Origin: Octopus bimaculoides
Taxonomy: Eukaryota
Assembly: GCF_001194135.2 (NCBI RefSeq)
Contig: NC_068988.1
Coordinates: 27,074,327 to 27,129,516 of the forward strand
Reading direction: 5' to 3'
Length of the DNA: 55,190 bases
This document shows, in pieces, positions 37,360 to 48,992 of the stretch (position 1 is the stretch's first letter; each line of letters opens with the position of its first letter). Below the pieces are notes generated by a model, which saw only the letters and a program-made list of their open reading frames with translations, was not told where the DNA came from and did not search any database. A program made the position numbers and the translations under genes.

Positions 37360-37580
37360 TGGATAAACCGCCCAGGTGTTGATATCTTCAATCTTATTCT
37401 GTCCGTTTAATTTCGACTTAAGGATCAGTCTCAGTCTGTGCAAGTATTCCACCTTAAATTTTTCTGTCATTTCTTTCTGCATTAATTAATCCATTTCCAA
37501 TATCCCCAAGTACTTATAGCCCGTCTCTTCTATCTGCTTCGTAACCTCTCCCGACGGTATTGCTAGCCCGTCCATACATT
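37360..37580 (-). mobile_element. R4/Dong-clade LINE RT fragment
   Basis: GLAIPSGEVTKQIEETGYKYLGILEMD*...EKFKVEYLHRLRLILKSKLNGQNKIEDINTWAV, the typical R4/Dong post-YxDD region. Confidence 0.85.
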
Positions 37581-37956
37581 TGGTTTTAGAATTTTTTTCA
37601 CGTCGAATAGCCCATCCCGCTGAAAAGGTCCTTGAATAAGGGTCGTTTAAGGATGTTGAACGAAACACCCATGTTTCCAGAGGTGGATTATTTAAACCCC
37701 AAAGAATTCTTCTCAATACATGGCTATGATTCTCTCTCACTATTTCTGCTTGTGATCAGAGATGCACATATTGTCAACCACCAATGGACATGCTCAACTG
37801 GTTATGGTAAAACAACTGACAAGCACATCTGTGATATTGAGCAGAATATTTACTGTAGCCCATCTTTTATACCAAGACAAAAGATGTAGATGATAACACT
37901 TCCAATCAGTTAAGATCAGAAACCATGAGAGCGAGTGCTTGGTATTGCATCAAGGC

Positions 37957-38092
<136 letters not shown>

Positions 38093-38619
38093 ACCCCAGC
38101 GATTACACAGGCTTCTAGAGTTTCGTCTCAAAACACTTTTCAACTTGAGAATGAAATATTCTGGGCGGTGTATTTATAGTTTTGTCATGGAAATCGATAA
38201 AATATTCTTTGAAATACCATTAGAGTCACGTGGTTATGCAATATGAATTCAAAAAGTCAGTGATATAATCGGTTCTGACGTGGAATNNNNNNNNNNNNNN
38301 NNNNNNNNNNNNNNNNNNNNNNNNNNNNNNNNNNNNNNNNNNNNNNNNNNNNNNNNNNNNNNNNNNNNNNNNNNNNNNNNNNNNNNNNNNNNNNNNNNNN
38401 NNNNNNNNNNNNNNNNNNNNNNNNNNNNNNNNNNNNNNNNNNNNNNNNNNNNNNNNGATAGTCGTATGTGCAAATGGGAAGTTTACATATATACATATAA
38501 ATATATACAACTGTTTACATATACAAAGCCACACACCATTCACAATTCACATAAATACTGCGCTCAATATATATGTAGATTCACACATGCTACGCCTGTG
38601 CATTCACACACCACGCATG

Positions 38620-38963
38620 CTTCCTCATGTATGTATGCATATATGTAAGTATGTATGCATGTATGTGTCAATGCATGTATGTATGTATGTATGTATGTAT
38701 ATATGTATGTATGTATGCATGTATGTGTCTGTGTGTTTGTTTTTGACTGTATGCATTATATATATTCATTTACATACATACGCTTGCACGTTTACTCATT
38801 AACTCAATAGAAAATTAATACTAATAAGTATGCGCATTCATATGTATGTGTGTGTTTGTATGTGTGTGTTTGTATGAATGAATTTGAATTAAAATTCACA
38901 CCACATATACGCTGTTGTATATGTATCTGTATAGGGGTATACATATGTGTGTGTGTGTACGTT

Positions 38964-39044
<81 letters not shown>
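38620..39044. repeat. compound (TATG)n, (TG)n, (TA)n and (GA)n tracts
   Basis: Directly visible. Confidence 0.85.
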
Positions 39045-39051
<7 letters not shown>

Positions 39052-39200
39052 AAAAACAACAGACGAAGACAAGTGGTGCTCAAAACAAATAGATGTATTA
39101 GTATAACGCTTGGGAATTGAGAAAGTGTTTAACATTTCGAGCCTACGCTCTTCTACAGAAAGGAACACGAAAAGAGGAGAGAAACAAGGAGATAAAATGT
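39044..39200 (-). mobile_element. Penelope-like terminal-repeat fragment (second copy)
   Basis: Reverse complement aligns with 1000-1160; motif TTT-CTGTAGA-A-GAGC-GTAG-GCTC-GAAAT-GTT-AAA. Confidence 0.65.
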
Positions 39201-39274
39201 GTGTAGTGGTCAGCGATCTATATATGCATTCATCTATTTATGTGTGTGTATGTGTGTAAGTATATATTTATGTA

Positions 39275-39625
39275 TGTGTTGTCATTATTCCGTTTTATTT
39301 CAAGATTTCTTGCCAATAGAGAAAGAACCGGTTTCTAACCTAGATCCAAGGCTCCTTCACTGGAATTTAAACATCAGCAATGTAGTTTATAGTATGTATG
39401 TATGTATATGTACAGATTTCTATGTTTTGTTTTATGTATGTATTTTCATGCATATAGTTGCATATCTAGACATCCATATACTTAAATGATACACTTCTGG
39501 AAAGTTTTACTGGTTTTGACAGTTCCAGTGATGGCTTGAATCTGTAGTCTTCGAATTAGCTTTCTCTTTCTGGTTTTGAGAAGTATTTAGGTAGTGTGTT
39601 ACATATCCAGTGCCCCAATAATTAT
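39275..39625 (-). mobile_element. R4/Dong-like LINE C-terminus and 3' UTR
   Basis: Minus strand GALD...RKLIRRLQIQAITGTVKTSKTFQK followed by a TACA-rich UTR. Confidence 0.6.
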
Positions 39626-39795
39626 CAGTATGTATGTATGTATGTATGTATGTATGTTTGTATGTATGTATATTTGTATGTATGTAGCTATTTGTCTATG
39701 TATCTATCATACTTAATGTATATACACATTCGATACTGAGATATTTATCCTGAGATAGCATCTCTCACGGATGTGCTGTGTTAAAAACGCAATAA

Positions 39796-40000
39796 ATATC
39801 AGAGGGAGACGACAAAAACTCGTCCCAGTAGAAGCCAGCCAGAAAGATAGAGGCATTTCAACCTTGTAGGACCTTTTCAATGGTGTCTGCTAGCAGCCAG
39901 CCACATGCGCGGACGAGAAATCGTCTTAAAATGGTCAAAATGTATCTGGTGTTCTCGCTGACCACTACTAGGACGAATTTTATTCGTCACCCTCTGATAT
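39796..40000. mobile_element. MITE-like element with 36-bp imperfect terminal inverted repeats
   Basis: Arms 39796-39831 and 39965-40000 are complementary at 31/36 positions; the interior is non-coding. Confidence 0.65.
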
Positions 40001-40479
40001 CTGGGGNNNNNNNNNNNNNNNNNNNNNNNNNNNNNNNNNNNNNNNNNNNNNNNNNNNNNNNNNNNNNNNNNNNNNNNNNNNNNNNNNNNNNNNNNNNNNN
40101 NNNNNNNNNNNNNNNNNNNNNNNNNNNNNNNNNNNNNNNNNNNNNNNNNNNNNNNNNNNNNNNNNNNNNNNNNNNNNNNNNNNNNNNNNNNNNNNNNNNN
40201 NNNNNNNNNNNNNNNNNNNNNNNNNNNNNNNNNNNNNNNNNNNNNNNNNNNNNNNNNNNNNNNNNNNNNNNNNNNNNNNNNCTCGTTTGTGAGAGCAGTC
40301 GAGTTTATTTCAGATATTCTCATTTTAAAATTCATCTCTGGTTATTAATTGAGAGGACGTTGGTGTTGCCCTGGCGGAGGTTTCAGCTCTCTGAGTGCTC
40401 TTGTTATGCTTTAATATACATATCTTTTATCCGTATACAATGTTATAGTAAACGTCGTCGTTACTTTAAGATTTTTTCT

Positions 40480-40501
40480 CCTTCTCTTTCTGTATCTCTC
40501 A

Positions 40502-40594
<93 letters not shown>

Positions 40595-40750
40595 ACTCTC
40601 TCTCTCCCTCTCTCTCTCTTTTGTTATCTACTTATTACTTCGCTCTAGATGTTTTTCTTTTCTTTTCTTTTCTTTTCTTCTCTGATCTTTTCCCTTCTTT
40701 CTGCTCTCTCTTTCCTTCCTCTCTCTCTCGTCTGCTTTTATCGATTTTCT
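40480..40750. repeat. (CT)n microsatellite and pyrimidine-rich tract
   Basis: Directly visible. Confidence 0.95.
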
Positions 40751-40946
40751 CTATTCTTACATGTAGTGCCTGTACGTATTTTTTCTTTCAATATTATGTG
40801 TTAATAGACACATGTGCATTTATATGTAAGAATAGGTGAACGTAGCTTCTCTGAGTGTACATGCTTGCATGCACACTTATACAGATATGTATGCATATAC
40901 ACAACACACACAAGCGCACATGTGTGTGTATACGAACGTGTGTGAG

Positions 40947-41069
40947 GTGAGTGTGTGAGTGTGTGTGTGTGTTTGGGTGTTTATGCATGTGTGTGTTTAT
41001 ATATATATATATATATATATATAAACACACACATGCATAAACACCCAAACACACACACACTCACACACT

Positions 41070-41072
<3 letters not shown>
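40947..41072. repeat. near-perfect 126-bp palindrome centred on (TA)n
   Basis: The arms are exact reverse complements (including GTTTGGGTGTTTATGCATG / CATGCATAAACACCCAAAC) except for one CA unit. Confidence 0.92.
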
Positions 41073-41101
<29 letters not shown>

Positions 41102-42637
41102 CTGCAGGTGTTTTTAGTTACAAGGTTAAGCGTTTGTATATCAATGCGTTTCACGTGAAGGTGTAATAACTTACTTATTTTTATTTATCTATTTAATTAA
41201 TTGTATAATTCTCGTTCCTGATAACTTGCAAGGATCGAGGTGTCTCAAAGTTCATTGTGGTGCTCGAAGAGCGAATCCCCCGGGAGATGGGGAAATATAT
41301 ATTCCGTTAAAAGGATTCGATTTTTATACCATATCACATACATACACACACTCACACACAGAGAAATATACATATACGTATAAGCACACACGCACATATA
41401 GATATATATATGTATGTATATATATGTACAGACATGTGCATACATTCACACACACTAACACACATCGTAACCTCTACTAAATGCTTAACTGTTGATAACG
41501 AAGACGTTATATCAAGTTTAAACCTCTTTCAATCAAACAGTAGCATCAGCCTTAGCTTAAATATTCTTAGGATTACTGGAAATCTCTTTCTGCCAGATAA
41601 CTCCTACAAAATATTTAATAAAAATACGATCAAATTCTTGTACTCTACCACATCAAATTCCGCTTAAGTAATCATCATCTCCAGTATTAAAGATGTCAAT
41701 CCACCCCAACTACTCTTAATTCTAATAGCCTCAATTGCAATTGCTCAAATCCGGTACACTACGTCTTAATTCTATCTGACTAACTAGAGATATTGTTACT
41801 AGTATAGTGTAGTCAACCCTAATCTCACCCAAGCCTACAAGGGCTTCCCTATTAATCATTTTAAGCTACGAGCACTTCTTCAGCTCTGCTAGAAGTAATG
41901 CGGATTCAGTCTCGAATACATCTGCGATATAAGATGCATTATGGCTTAAAGTCGAAAATAGCTTGAACCAAATTTTACTCGCGAAGTCACAAATCCTGTA
42001 ATTTATGCATTCCTGATATATACCATACACTTTTCACTAAAGGCAACCTACCAAATAAACACTCAGAAAGACTTATATTTTCTCATTGTTGAAAGTATAC
42101 AGATACTTTTAACCTATTTCTTGCCCTAGTAGATTAACTTTGGTAACCTTCTGAGGTGAGCAATGCTTATAGATTTGTCCATGTTTTTTTTTCTAGACCG
42201 CATAAGCTGCCCTTCTTCCATGTCTACAGATGCCTTTCACTGTACGCATCAACACATCCCTACGTACGAAGGTATATAGAATGACAAACATACACATGCT
42301 TGCACACTTTAGTAAAACAATGCACACACAATAAAAGAGTTGTGCACCCATAGACACACACACGTTCAACCTTGTATTCTCACGTACGCGTCCGACGCCG
42401 ACACAAAGCTTTGTTCGGACATTTGCAGGCGTGTGTTTAGCTCAAAGCACATATACACATGAACAAGCTTTGAAATGCCCTACCATCTCTCTTCCACCCT
42501 TGTTAATTATCATATTCTATTCCTCTCGCTCTCATCGATCTCATCATCACCAATGCATTTCCTTTTAAAATGTCCCATCTCCTTCTCAAAATATCCCATC
42601 TCCTTCATAATACTTTCAATATCATGGTTATTACTAA

Positions 42638-42965
42638 GGCGGTGCGCTGGCAGAAACGTTAGCACGCCAGGCGAAATTCTTAGCAGTATTTCGTCTGTCT
42701 TTACGTTCTGAGTTCAAATTCCGCCGAGGTCGACTTTGCCTTTCATCCTTTCGGGGTCGATAAATTAGGCACCAGTTACGCACTGGGGGTCGATGTATTC
42801 GACTTAATCCCTTTGTCTGTCCCCTTCTATGTTTAGCCCCTTGTGGGCAATAAAGAAATAAGTAACGTTAGCACGCCGACTATATCGACTATCCCCCACC
42901 ATCACCACCACCACTGCTCCAAAATTTCAGGCCTTGTGTCTATAGTAGAATGGATTATATTACAT
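42638..42965 (+). mobile_element. SINE family A with an appended second tail fragment
   Basis: Consensus copy to AATAAAGAAATAAG, then AACGTTAGCACGCC...CCAAAATTTCAGGCCTTGTGTCTATAGTAGAATGGATT. Confidence 0.88.
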
Positions 42966-43199
42966 TATTGACAGTCTCGGTAGAAAAATGCAGATATACG
43001 TATTTATGCATTGATAATTGCGTATTTCTATGTACATGTATCAATGCATGTGATAATGTATGTATCTATGTACTTGCATTGCTTGTACATATGTGAATGC
43101 ATATTCGCGTTGGTATGTAAATGTAGAGATGAGTTGCTGTAATTTATTCTTCATGATGTTCTTCCAATTGCATTTTTGCCCAGTTTTCGATATGAATAT

Positions 43200-43575
43200 C
43201 CCCTTTTTTTACTGATCAGATTTAAAGGGAAAATTAATCTCGGTAAGTGTCGAATTGAAAACGTAACGAACCGCAAGTAAATGTAGCAACCGATTTCCTT
43301 AACGCTCTGGTGATTCTGCTATTCTACTGCATAGTCGACCATCGACCATCAACTAATATTTTATTCCACTTTTTATCTGAATATACATCAACTATTTAAA
43401 GTTTTAATCAGTAAAATCTGCTCACGTACAAACAGAATACATTTAATATTTAAATTGAATAATATAAGCGTCGGTTGAGGGTGAGGGGTAAGGGTCAATG
43501 TGATCGACTTACCCCCTCCACACACACACACACACCTAAATTGCTGGCCTTGTGCCAAAACTTGAAACCAATATT
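43200..43575. mobile_element. degraded SINE family A fragments (43200-43330 minus, 43490-43575 plus)
   Basis: CTCGGTAAGTGTCGAATTGAAAACGTAAC; GGGTCAATGTGATCGACTTACCCC...TTGCTGGCCTTGTGCCAAAACTTGAAACCAAT. Confidence 0.65.
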
Positions 43576-43599
43576 TAAATCAAATGCTTAGTTGGTTTG

Positions 43600-43860
43600 A
43601 AGGTTCGTGGTTTAATGGTTAGGGCATCCGGCTCAGGATCGTAAGGTCGTAGGTTTAATTCCCGGCGACGCGTTGTGTCCTTGAGCAAGACACTTTATTT
43701 CACATTGCTCCAGTCCTCTCAGTGGCAAAAATGTCAACTCTGTGTCACACTGAATCTAACCTGAGAACCACTCTAAGGGTATGTGTCTCTATGGAGTACT
43801 CAGCCACTTTCATGTTAATTGCAGGTTGTTGATCGGAGCAGCTGGAACCCTCGTGCCAGT
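43600..43860 (+). mobile_element. third tRNA-derived SINE type (Meta-domain-like core)
   Basis: A/B-box-like head TGGTTAGGGC...GGTTTAATTCCCGG followed by GTTGTGTCCTTGAGCAAGACACTTTATTTCAC, which resembles widespread metazoan SINE cores. Confidence 0.7.
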
Positions 43861-43864
43861 AGAA

Positions 43865-44115
43865 GAGTGCTTACTTGGCAGAAATGCGTTGGCACAAATG
43901 CGTTGAAGTACTTACTTGTATTTTCTTAGGATCTGCGTTCAAATCCCGGTGGAGTAGAGTTTCTTATCATCTTTCCGGAAGATCGACAAAATACAAGAAC
44001 TAAAATTTTGGAAAATGACATTACTAATTAAACTAAGCATAGTACCAGTAAAGTAGTCCGGTTAGTTTAATTAATATCATTTTCCAAAATTTTAGTTCTT
44101 GTGCCTCTGTTAGAA
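43865..44115 (+). mobile_element. degraded SINE family A containing a fold-back inverted duplication
   Basis: GTTCAAATCCCGG...GATCGACAAAAT [insert] AGTACCAG...CCAAAATTTTAGTTCTTGTGCC; the insert is the reverse complement of the downstream tail. Confidence 0.7.
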
Positions 44116-44169
44116 GAAGGAGAAGGAGAAGAATAAAGCGGGAGTGCTATGATAGTACTCCCGCATTAT

Positions 44170-44285
44170 TATTCTCCTTCTCCTTCTCCTTCTTCTTCTT
44201 CTTCTTCTTCTTCTTCTTCTTCTTCTTCTTCTTCTTCTTCTTCTTCTTCTTCTTCTTCTTCTTCTTCTTCTTCTTCTCCTCCTCT
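44170..44285. repeat. (TTC)n/(TCCTTC)n microsatellite
   Basis: Directly visible. Confidence 0.95.
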
Positions 44286-44514
44286 GCCAAGAATTCACAA
44301 CGACCTCGAACCCACAAGAGTAAACAAGAGAGACAGAGACAGGCAGAAACAAGGAAAATGCCCCCTTGTATTGTGTTGAAAGGGTCGTCCTTCATTTACA
44401 ATACATAATTTGATTCTACACATGTTTTGAAATATATCTTAGAGAAAAAAAATTCACTGCGGAGAGATTTATTGAACACTCTGTATATGTGCGCGTATCT
44501 TTGTGCAAGCGTTT

Positions 44515-44710
44515 GTACCCCTACAACCGCTTGACAACCGGTGTTAGTTTCTTTACATCCACTAAATTTAGTCAAAGGGAAAGACGCTTGTAGAATAAGT
44601 AACAGACTTGTATAAATATAAGCATCAGGGTCGATCTCTTCGATTAAGAGAACTTCAAGGCAGTGCCCCCAGCATGGCCGTATTCCAATGACTGATGCAA
44701 GTAAAGCATG
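44515..44710 (+). mobile_element. SINE family B 3' half
   Basis: CGCTTGACAACCGGTG...GGGTCGAT...CCCCAGCATGGCCG..CAATGACTGATGCAAGTAAA. Confidence 0.8.
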
Positions 44711-44837
44711 AAAGATATATTCTGTGCGCATGTGTGTATATTTTATCTTGATTAAAGGTAGAATAATGGAAAGAAAAGTGTGTTTGTGTGTGTTTGTGTG
44801 TGTGTGTGTATGTGTGTATGTGTGTGTTTGTGTTTGT

Positions 44838-44878
<41 letters not shown>

Positions 44879-46149
44879 TGTGTGTAGGTGTGTGATTATG
44901 CATTAGATATAAAGGCGTATGTTTCTCTTTCTCTTTTACCCTTTCTATCCACTTGTCAATCTCTTTCTCTCACTCTCTTCTGTCTCTCTCATACTCTATT
45001 TCACTCTCTCTCTCTCTTTCTCGTTGTACTTATGTGCATTTACATACACGCGCATACATACGCANNNNNNNNNNNNNNNNNNNNNNNNNNNNNNNNNNNN
45101 NNNNNNNNNNNNNNNNNNNNNNNNNNNNNNNNNNNNNNNNNNNNNNNNNNNNNNNNNNNNNNNNNNNNNNNNNNNNNNNNNNNNNNNNNNNNNNNNNNNN
45201 NNNNNNNNNNNNNNNNNNNNNNNNNNNNNNNNNNNNNNNNNNNNNNNNNNNNNNNNNNNNNNNNNNNNNNNNNNNNNNNNNNNNNNNNNNNNNNNNNNNN
45301 NNNNNNNNNNNNNNNNNNNNNNNNNNNNNNNNNNNNNNNNNNNNNNNNNNNNNNNNNNNATATATACATAAACAAACATATATGTATTCGTATATCGATA
45401 ACTATCTATTGATATACATTTGATATACATTCATATTGTCTCCAGAATCCATTGAGAGTTTAAAGTAGTAAGAATTGTCATATATGATAAAATATTTTCT
45501 CGTCAGTGTACTTTTGATAGACATTTTATTTCATTCCCATTTTCAACAACAATCATATAAATATTTTCTCTCTTTTCTAAGCTATCAGATTTGCCAGAGG
45601 AAACGTTCCGTTGCTGCAATCCATTATTCTTACGATTAAGAGAGAGGCGTACACACAACAAGGGAGTGCAGAGTTGTGTTTTTTCCTCTTCCTGCTGTTG
45701 ATGTGATGCGTGAACAAATGTAAAACATTCGACAAAATACAGCAGTTGTTACACAAATGTTATGTGCTTGTTAGTGTTTGTTCTTTCTTTTAGTTATTTG
45801 AAATTTTCCCATAAAGAATTTTCGATGAGATGTTGATATCCGTGCAAACATCCTTCAAAGGGGAACATGACAGACTAGTCTGCTTCAACAACACCGAACC
45901 ACAATCACGACTCACATCAAAGGGACGATGTTGTAACATTATACACTCGCTACTCATGAACAACGCATGACTGGAACACTCGAAATCGCTGCAAATGCCA
46001 GTTCTCACAATTTCAGTTTCTGAATCTCAACACATCTCAAGTACTAAACCACATTACACTACTGCTCACATAACCAGGATGGTGATGCTGTTACACAAAG
46101 AAACGACCAAGAAAACATCAAAATAAAATTAATTCATTAATTGATAAGC

Positions 46150-46450
46150 ATTCCTTCATCAGTTCTTTACAATCATTATTTCACATACGTGCTGTTTGTT
46201 CTCAGTTTATCTTCAGCTGATATTGAAAACTGCTCTCGTTCTTCTCAGCTAACAATCTGCGTACCTCGTTCTCTACCTGTTATCATTTTTCTTTTTAGTC
46301 AAACACCAAACTCAACATCAATAAAAATTTATCCCGATCTTTCTACTCAAACCAGCAGCCTCTAGGACGCACGAACAATTTTCTCTGCAAGCATCAATCT
46401 ACAGAGTTTCAAGTCAACATCATCCGATCGATATCCCAAGTCTAGAAAAG
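46150..46450 (-). mobile_element. possible decayed RTE fragment
   Basis: Minus strand KENDN / ENEVRRLLAEKNES resembles the RTE linker WFDEND.EIQ.LL.EK; weak. Confidence 0.3.
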
Positions 46451-46549
46451 CTCCCAAATATCCTGAGTGCCACTCCTCTTCCTCATTCTGCTACTCCTTC
46501 TCCTTCTCCTCTTGATCCTCCTTCTTGAATAAAAATTATTACAATCACA

Positions 46550-46700
46550 GGTACAAGCCCATCAAGAGATTAGTCGAATATATCGACACCTGGACTGGAC
46601 TGGACTGGTATTTTATTCTATCGATCCCAGAAAGATGAAAAGCAAAGTTGACCACGGCAATATTTCAATTCATCACAAAATACCGCAAGATATTTGCTCT
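46550..46700 (-). mobile_element. degraded SINE family A
   Basis: ATTAGTCGAATATATCGAC...TATCGATCCCAGAAAGATGAAAAGCAAAGTTGACC. Confidence 0.7.
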
Positions 46701-47317
46701 ACCTCTTCTGAAATTCAGCAACAAAAACAATGCTCTGGAAACAGATAGGATCTCGTTTGATCGAAGTTGATCATGTATCTGCTCTCATATATACAGCTCT
46801 GGGCAAGATTCTATTTGAGAAGGAACACTTTCAGTTTCCAATGTCTATCGATATTTATCCAAGCGACAGGTCACCGACTTATACCGATACAGTTTGGCTC
46901 TAGTATCATCTCAAACGTTGCTGTCAGACCATAAAGTATCGGAAGAGATACTGTATGTATAAAAGTCATCTGTTTACAATCTTTCAGATCTGACAGTTAA
47001 TCATTAGGTCAATAATATTTTATTCTATATTTTCGTAAATTTATTTGGATATGAATAATTTCAAGATAAGCCAACTATTATATTGTAGATCAAATAACCA
47101 GTTTTGCCGGTATTTATTTTTTTAACACGTCATACGACGTGTTTCAGAGCTTAAATTAGACTCGTGAAACTGGGAAAGTTTAGAAATTCATCAGATCAGA
47201 CTGTATAGTTGAATTTATTGATATTCCTTTATATAATAAAAATTATTAAATCAATGCTTTGAGCGAATTTAGAAGACGGAAACTGCGTGGATGACTGTCG
47301 TGTGTGTGTGTGCGTGC

Positions 47318-47354
<37 letters not shown>

Positions 47355-47454
47355 NNNNNNNNNNNNNNNNNNNNNNNNNNNNNNNNNNNNNNNNNNNNNN
47401 NNNNNNNNNNNNNNNNNNNNNNNNNNNNNNNNNNNNNNNNNNNNNNNNNNGTGT

Positions 47455-47690
47455 GTGTCTGTGTCTGTGTGTGTCTGTGTGTGTCTGTGTGCGTCTTTGT
47501 TTTTGCCCTCCCCCGGCCATCACCGCTTGACAACTAGTGGATTACTTTACATCTTTACGTAAGCGATTCTGCAAAAGAGATAGTACCGGGGTCGATTTGT
47601 TCAATTAAAGCCTTTAGGGCAGTGCCCCAGCATGACTGCAGAAAAAAATAAATAAATAAATAAAAGACTAACAAAAGATAAAAATATTAT
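47455..47690 (+). mobile_element. SINE family B 3' half
   Basis: CCATCACCGCTTGACAAC...GGGGTCGATTTG...GTGCCCCAGCATGACTGCAG. Confidence 0.8.
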
Positions 47691-48204
47691 ATGTTTTTAT
47701 TTCCTTGAAAATTACTTCATAGCTAAATGTTCTGAGATAACAATGATATTTTAGAGGAAGCATAACATGAGATTTTGTAATAATCATGCTTTTCCAAGCT
47801 TTAGATTGATATCTTAAGCGAACAGAATTTCCACCAACTGAGAATCAAAACTGAATTACAGCCCCAACTCACCAGCTGCGCAACTTTTACTCTAAGACAA
47901 TCGCCATAGCTAACAGTACTATTGATCTCTTACAGGGTCACAAAACCACAAATAGAATCGACGCCAAAAATGATTCATGTTTATTTTATCAACCCTGAAA
48001 AGCAGAGCAATCACCGACAAGTGTCTGAGATAGAACATAAAGGGATGTAACTCTATATCGGAATAACTTTAAACCGGCACTCTACCTTTTCTCTCATTCT
48101 GGCATTCCACTTTCTCTTCCATAGCTAAACATTTATTATCATCATTAATTAAGTATATAATATAAAATATATAATTAATATGTAGAAATTAATTAATAAG
48201 TAGA

Positions 48205-48380
48205 AAATGCTTAGCGACATTTCTCCCGACTTTACGTTCTGAGTTCAAATGCCGGCGGGGTCGACTTTACCTTTTTCCTTTCGGGGTCGATAAATTAAGC
48301 ACGAGTTGAACAATGGGATCCATGTAAGCGATTTATCCCCCCACCCACGAAATTACTGGCCTTGTGCAAAACCTTGAAAT
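48205..48380 (+). mobile_element. SINE family A (5'-clipped)
   Basis: AAAATGCTTAGCGACATTTC...GGGGTCGATAAATTAAGCAC...CTGGCCTTGTGC. Confidence 0.88.
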
Positions 48381-48992
48381 AAGTTGCATTAAATATATTG
48401 TTAAGAAATTTCATTGGTCCCAGAATTTTTGTCAATATTTCTATAATGTCCATTTTGCATGGCATTTCGAAGTTGGTGCTGATTCTTCACCTTTTTCTTT
48501 TTATTTTAGTTGACGGCGATCACTCGGAAGACACTTGTAGATATGGATCTGCAAAGATGGAAATAATTATTATAAAACAGAAGCATAATGGAGTGTATAA
48601 CTACGTCGAGAAATACTGAGATATTGAATGTGGACGTGTTCACGTGTCTGTGTGTGTGTCAGTATTTATGTGTGTGTATATGTGTGTGGTATCTGTGTGT
48701 CTGCGCCGTAGAATCCTAAAAATCCGTGGCAGTCTATACCGGTAAATACTAAGTACAAAATGTTCGCAAAGTGAGATAAAAAAAAAAAAGCTTGCCTTAT
48801 AAATTACAGCGATTAACATATTCACGTTCGAATCTGCCGGAACTTATAAAAAATAAATATGCAATTCATTGCTTTGATTTTCACTAGTCAACCTTGCATA
48901 TGATGATTTATTGTCGGTTGGCAGGTATAAGTATGCATCAGCAAACAATATTTTTACTAGATTTATAAACAAGACCCAAGAAATATAGTTAG

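Noticed and set aside
43600-43675. tRNA-like sequence
   Set aside because: Has A/B-box motifs but no complete cloverleaf, and runs into a SINE core; it is a SINE head, not a tRNA gene.
46730-46903. 57-aa ATG-initiated ORF (MLWKQIGSRL...)
   Set aside because: No recognisable motif, promoter or splice support; the length is within chance range.
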